Positions 60,819 to 64,000 of a DNA stretch of 64,000 bases are shown here, piece after piece. The DNA lies in contig JBFXLE010000001.1 in the NCBI GenBank assembly GCA_050173015.1, positions 160,001 through 224,000 on the forward strand. The letters run 5' to 3'. The stretch's first letter is position 1. The number at the start of each line of letters is the position of its first letter. Both the position numbers and the translations under genes were made by a program. The notes under the pieces are model-generated. The model did not search any database. It was not told where the DNA came from and worked only from the letters and a program-made list of their open reading frames with translations. This DNA comes from Calditrichaceae bacterium. GTDB lineage: Bacteria; Calditrichota; Calditrichia; Calditrichales; JBFXGD01.

Positions 60819-61961
60819 ATGGATTTTATGAACTTAAAAAAAATCTGGCTTTCTTCCCCGCACATGAGCGGGGAAGAGCTTAAATACATTCAGGAAGCAT
60901 TTGACACAAACTGGATCGCGCCGCTTGGCCCTCATGTGGACGCTTTCGAAAATGAAGTCGCCAATTTTGTTGGCGTAAAACACGCGGCGGCGCTCATGTC
61001 CGGTACGGCGGCTATTCATCTTGCTTTAGTAATGCTTGGAGTCGGTTCGGGAGATGAAGTCATTTGTCAGTCCTTCACCTTCTCCGCCAGCGCGAATCCA
61101 ATTATATATCAACACGCGACACCTGTTTTTGTGGACAGTGAGACCGATACCTGGAATATGGATCCCAATTTACTGGAAGAAGCCATAAAGGACCGAATTC
61201 TTAAGGGAAGAAAACCAAAAGCAGTCATCCTGGTACATCTTTACGGACAGCCCGCTAAACTGGATGAGATTATACAAATTTGCAATCGATACGAAATACC
61301 GCTGATTGAAGACGCGGCGGAAGCCCTCGGAAGCGAGTATAAAGCGAAAAAAGCAGGTAGTTTTGGAAAATTTGGCATACTCTCCTTCAACGGCAATAAA
61401 ATTATTACGACTTCCGGCGGTGGAATGCTGATCTCAAATGACGAAGATATAATTCAAAAAGCGCGATTTCTCTCCACCCAGGCCAGAGATGACGCGCCGC
61501 ATTATGAACATACGCATATTGGATATAATTACCGGATGAGCAATGTGCTGGCGGCCATCGGACGCGGCCAGATGTCCGTTCTTCGGAAACGGATTGAACA
61601 GCGCAGATCAGTATTTGAGCATTATAAAACCGTGTTGAGTGATTTACCCGGAATACACTTTCAGCCGGAATATAAGGGAACTCTTTCCAACAGATGGCTA
61701 ACCGCGCTTACGATTGATCCTAAGCTCTCAAAAGTTGACCGGGAAAAAGTTCGCCTGGAGCTTGCCCAAAAAAATATAGAATCACGGCCATTATGGAAAC
61801 CGATGCATCTTCAGCCGGTATTTAAAAATGCTCCGGCTTATATAAATGGGAATTCTGAACTTTTATTCCTAAGCGGTTTATGCCTCCCATCTGGGAGTAA
61901 TCTGGAAAAGAATGATTTAATAATGATTGCTGATACGGTTAAAAATATTATCATTAGTTAA
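60819..61961 (+). CDS. DegT/DnrJ aminotransferase (PglE-like)
   Basis: LSSPHM, NWIAPLGP, EDAAEALG, SFNGNKIITTSGGG, ESRPLWKPMH. Confidence 0.93.
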   Translation: MDFMNLKKIWLSSPHMSGEELKYIQEAFDTNWIAPLGPHVDAFENEVANFVGVKHAAALMSGTAAIHLALVMLGVGSGDEVICQSFTFSASANPIIYQHATPVFVDSETDTWNMDPNLLEEAIKDRILKGRKPKAVILVHLYGQPAKLDEIIQICNRYEIPLIEDAAEALGSEYKAKKAGSFGKFGILSFNGNKIITTSGGGMLISNDEDIIQKARFLSTQARDDAPHYEHTHIGYNYRMSNVLAAIGRGQMSVLRKRIEQRRSVFEHYKTVLSDLPGIHFQPEYKGTLSNRWLTALTIDPKLSKVDREKVRLELAQKNIESRPLWKPMHLQPVFKNAPAYINGNSELLFLSGLCLPSGSNLEKNDLIMIADTVKNIIIS

Positions 61962-62058
61962 ACATTCATCGCTAAGATTATATAGTCACTAATATTCAGA
62001 AATAATCAATATTACTTTTTTTTGGATATAATTTAACAGGTGCTAATTATTAGAATTA

Positions 62059-63102
62059 ATGGGAACATCTGGGTTGAAAAAATTAAATATTGAACGGATA
62101 TTGATTACAGGAGCAGCAGGTTTTATCGGATTTCACCTTGCAAAGCAACTTTTAGATGCTGGATATGAGATTTCGGGTATTGATAATCTAAATAATTACT
62201 ATGATGTCAGTCTAAAAAATGCCAGGCTGAATATATTGAAGAAATATGATAATTTTACTTTTGATAAAGTTGAACTTGCTGATAGAACAGAGATAGATAA
62301 AATATTTACGACAAAATCACCGGATGTTGTTGTTAATCTAGCCGCACAGGCCGGAGTAAGATATTCCATTGAGAATCCCTATGCATACCTGGATAGTAAT
62401 CTAAGCGGATTCCTGAATATATTGGAAGGATGTCGGAATTATAATGTGAAACATCTGGTATATGCATCTTCCAGCTCCGTTTATGGCGCGAATACCCGGA
62501 TGCCTTTTTCCACACACCAGACAGTGGACCATCCACTTAGTCTGTACGCGGCTACAAAAAAATCAAATGAATTAATGGCTCACACATATAGTAATTTATA
62601 TGATATTCCGACTACCGGTCTCAGATTTTTTACCGTTTACGGACCATGGGGCAGACCGGATATGGCTATGTTTTTATTCACGAAAGCAATATTATCAAAC
62701 CAACCCATCGATGTATTTAATCACGGAGACATGGAAAGAGATTTCACCTATATAGATGATATAGTGAATGGCATTGAAAAAATATTGTTCAGAATTCCTG
62801 AGGCAAATCCCGGATGGTCAGGAAACGCTCCGGATCCGGCTTCAAGTTTTTCCCGTTATAAAATATACAATATCGGTAATAACAAGCCGGAAAAGCTATC
62901 CTATTTAATTATGCTTCTGGAAAAATATCTCGGTAAAAAAGCCATAATAAATTATCTGCCCATGCAGCCCGGAGATGTAAAAGCAACTTTCGCAGATATA
63001 GATGATTTGGTTAATGATGCCGGGTTCAGACCTTCAACCGCGTTAGAAGAAGGTGTAAAAAAATTTGTAGATTGGTATAAAAAATTTTATAAAATAAATT
63101 AA
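62059..63102 (+). CDS. NAD-dependent epimerase (UDP-glucuronate 4-epimerase-like)
   Basis: [40 protein letters not shown]. Confidence 0.93.
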   Translation: MGTSGLKKLNIERILITGAAGFIGFHLAKQLLDAGYEISGIDNLNNYYDVSLKNARLNILKKYDNFTFDKVELADRTEIDKIFTTKSPDVVVNLAAQAGVRYSIENPYAYLDSNLSGFLNILEGCRNYNVKHLVYASSSSVYGANTRMPFSTHQTVDHPLSLYAATKKSNELMAHTYSNLYDIPTTGLRFFTVYGPWGRPDMAMFLFTKAILSNQPIDVFNHGDMERDFTYIDDIVNGIEKILFRIPEANPGWSGNAPDPASSFSRYKIYNIGNNKPEKLSYLIMLLEKYLGKKAIINYLPMQPGDVKATFADIDDLVNDAGFRPSTALEEGVKKFVDWYKKFYKIN

Positions 63103-63322
63103 GATTATCAGTTTATATCATTTAATTATCCCCTTTAATCCCATACGATTTCTCTAATTGTTGAATTTGATTTTTCGGCGTAGTGAGTCTACCTAAAATC
63201 AATTAAAGTGAAAAATCATATCCCATTATTAAGTCTTTCGATTTGGCCACGTATGATATCATTTAGAATAATTTTTGTGCTTGATTAAAAGCTTCTGCTA
63301 TATATTTACGGAGGTTATCACC

Positions 63323-64000
63323 ATGAAAAACGGCTATAATAATGCCGGTTCATCCAAAAACAGTGTTTATGATGCTCTGCCGCAAAAAAAGGTTCTCAAG
63401 TTTATAATCGATACGGCGACACTGTTTTTTGCCTACGCGCTTGCTTCGCTGCTGCGATTTGACTTCCGACCTACACCGGTACAAATATTAAACGTTCAAA
63501 ATTCCCTTCTGCTGGCGGTTTTTATCCCGACGGTGGTCATTTACGCGCTTAGAGTGAATCACGGAAAATGGCGCTATTCGAGTCTCGCGGATTTGATGAA
63601 TCTGTTTGGGGCGTTTACCGCCGGATGGGCGGGATTTGTTTTTGTACTCTATTTCCTGGATTCCGTGTTCGTGCCAAGAACCGTTCTGCTCATGTACTGG
63701 GTGCTGGGTATGTTTTCACTGAGTGTCACAAGAGCTATGCCCAGAATTTTGACCAAACTGAGAATGTATATGCTCCCTGATAAACGACGCACAATGGTTA
63801 TCGGCGCGGGAGACGCGGGGGAAATGATTATTCGTCAAATGAAAAACAATCCAGAACTGGGCTATTATCCCGTTGCGATCGTGGATGATTCAAAGAAAAA
63901 AATAAATACTAAAATACACGGCGTTAAAGTCTATGGCGGTATCTCTAAATTAACGGAAATCGCCCGGATAAACAAAATAGATGAGATTATTATCGCCACA
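63323..64000 (+). CDS. Membrane-anchored nucleotide-sugar 4,6-dehydratase (PglF/CapD-like), truncated by the window end
   Basis: Not in the ORF track (no stop). GGAGG RBS, ATG at 63323; reads ..LLRFD..WRYSSLADL..PRTV..IGAGDAGE..VDD. Confidence 0.88.
   Translation, partial: MKNGYNNAGSSKNSVYDALPQKKVLKFIIDTATLFFAYALASLLRFDFRPTPVQILNVQNSLLLAVFIPTVVIYALRVNHGKWRYSSLADLMNLFGAFTAGWAGFVFVLYFLDSVFVPRTVLLMYWVLGMFSLSVTRAMPRILTKLRMYMLPDKRRTMVIGAGDAGEMIIRQMKNNPELGYYPVAIVDDSKKKINTKIHGVKVYGGISKLTEIARINKIDEIIIAT

Noticed and set aside
4329-62536. Numerous 60-165 aa ORFs antisense or out of frame within recognised genes
   Set aside because: They overlap well-supported CDSs and show no motifs or RBS; treated as shadows.
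63568-63780. 70-aa ORF in the track
   Set aside because: Out-of-frame overlap with the PglF/CapD-like gene starting at 63323.

Overview
Bacterial chromosomal window. Gene content and style suggest an FCB-related lineage such as Calditrichota; this is an inference, not a search result. Bases 1-41,000 are mostly housekeeping: ssb, prfA, rpmE, rho, folC, uppS, lepA-lepB-hemW, RecQ, PolX and PlsX. They also carry two compatible-solute modules, GpgS/GpgP-type glucosylglycerate and AblA-symporter-AblB for N-epsilon-acetyl-beta-lysine. Bases ~44,000-64,000 hold a Wzx/Wzy surface-polysaccharide locus with an AT-rich core, ECA-like WecD/E/F genes (the WecD-like GNAT is fused to a MaoC hydratase), a sulfotransferase and PglC/E/F-like genes. 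The most unusual part is 525-1991 on the minus strand, which looks like one transcription unit. It has a promoter, a structured leader, a 72-aa signal-peptide ORF, three tandem 120-bp non-coding hairpin repeats, three tandem 51-aa secreted-type peptide genes ending in an invariant ...SGAEFATIVPLPPPPRPKP-stop, and a terminator. No CRISPR array, rRNA, tRNA or transposase was seen.
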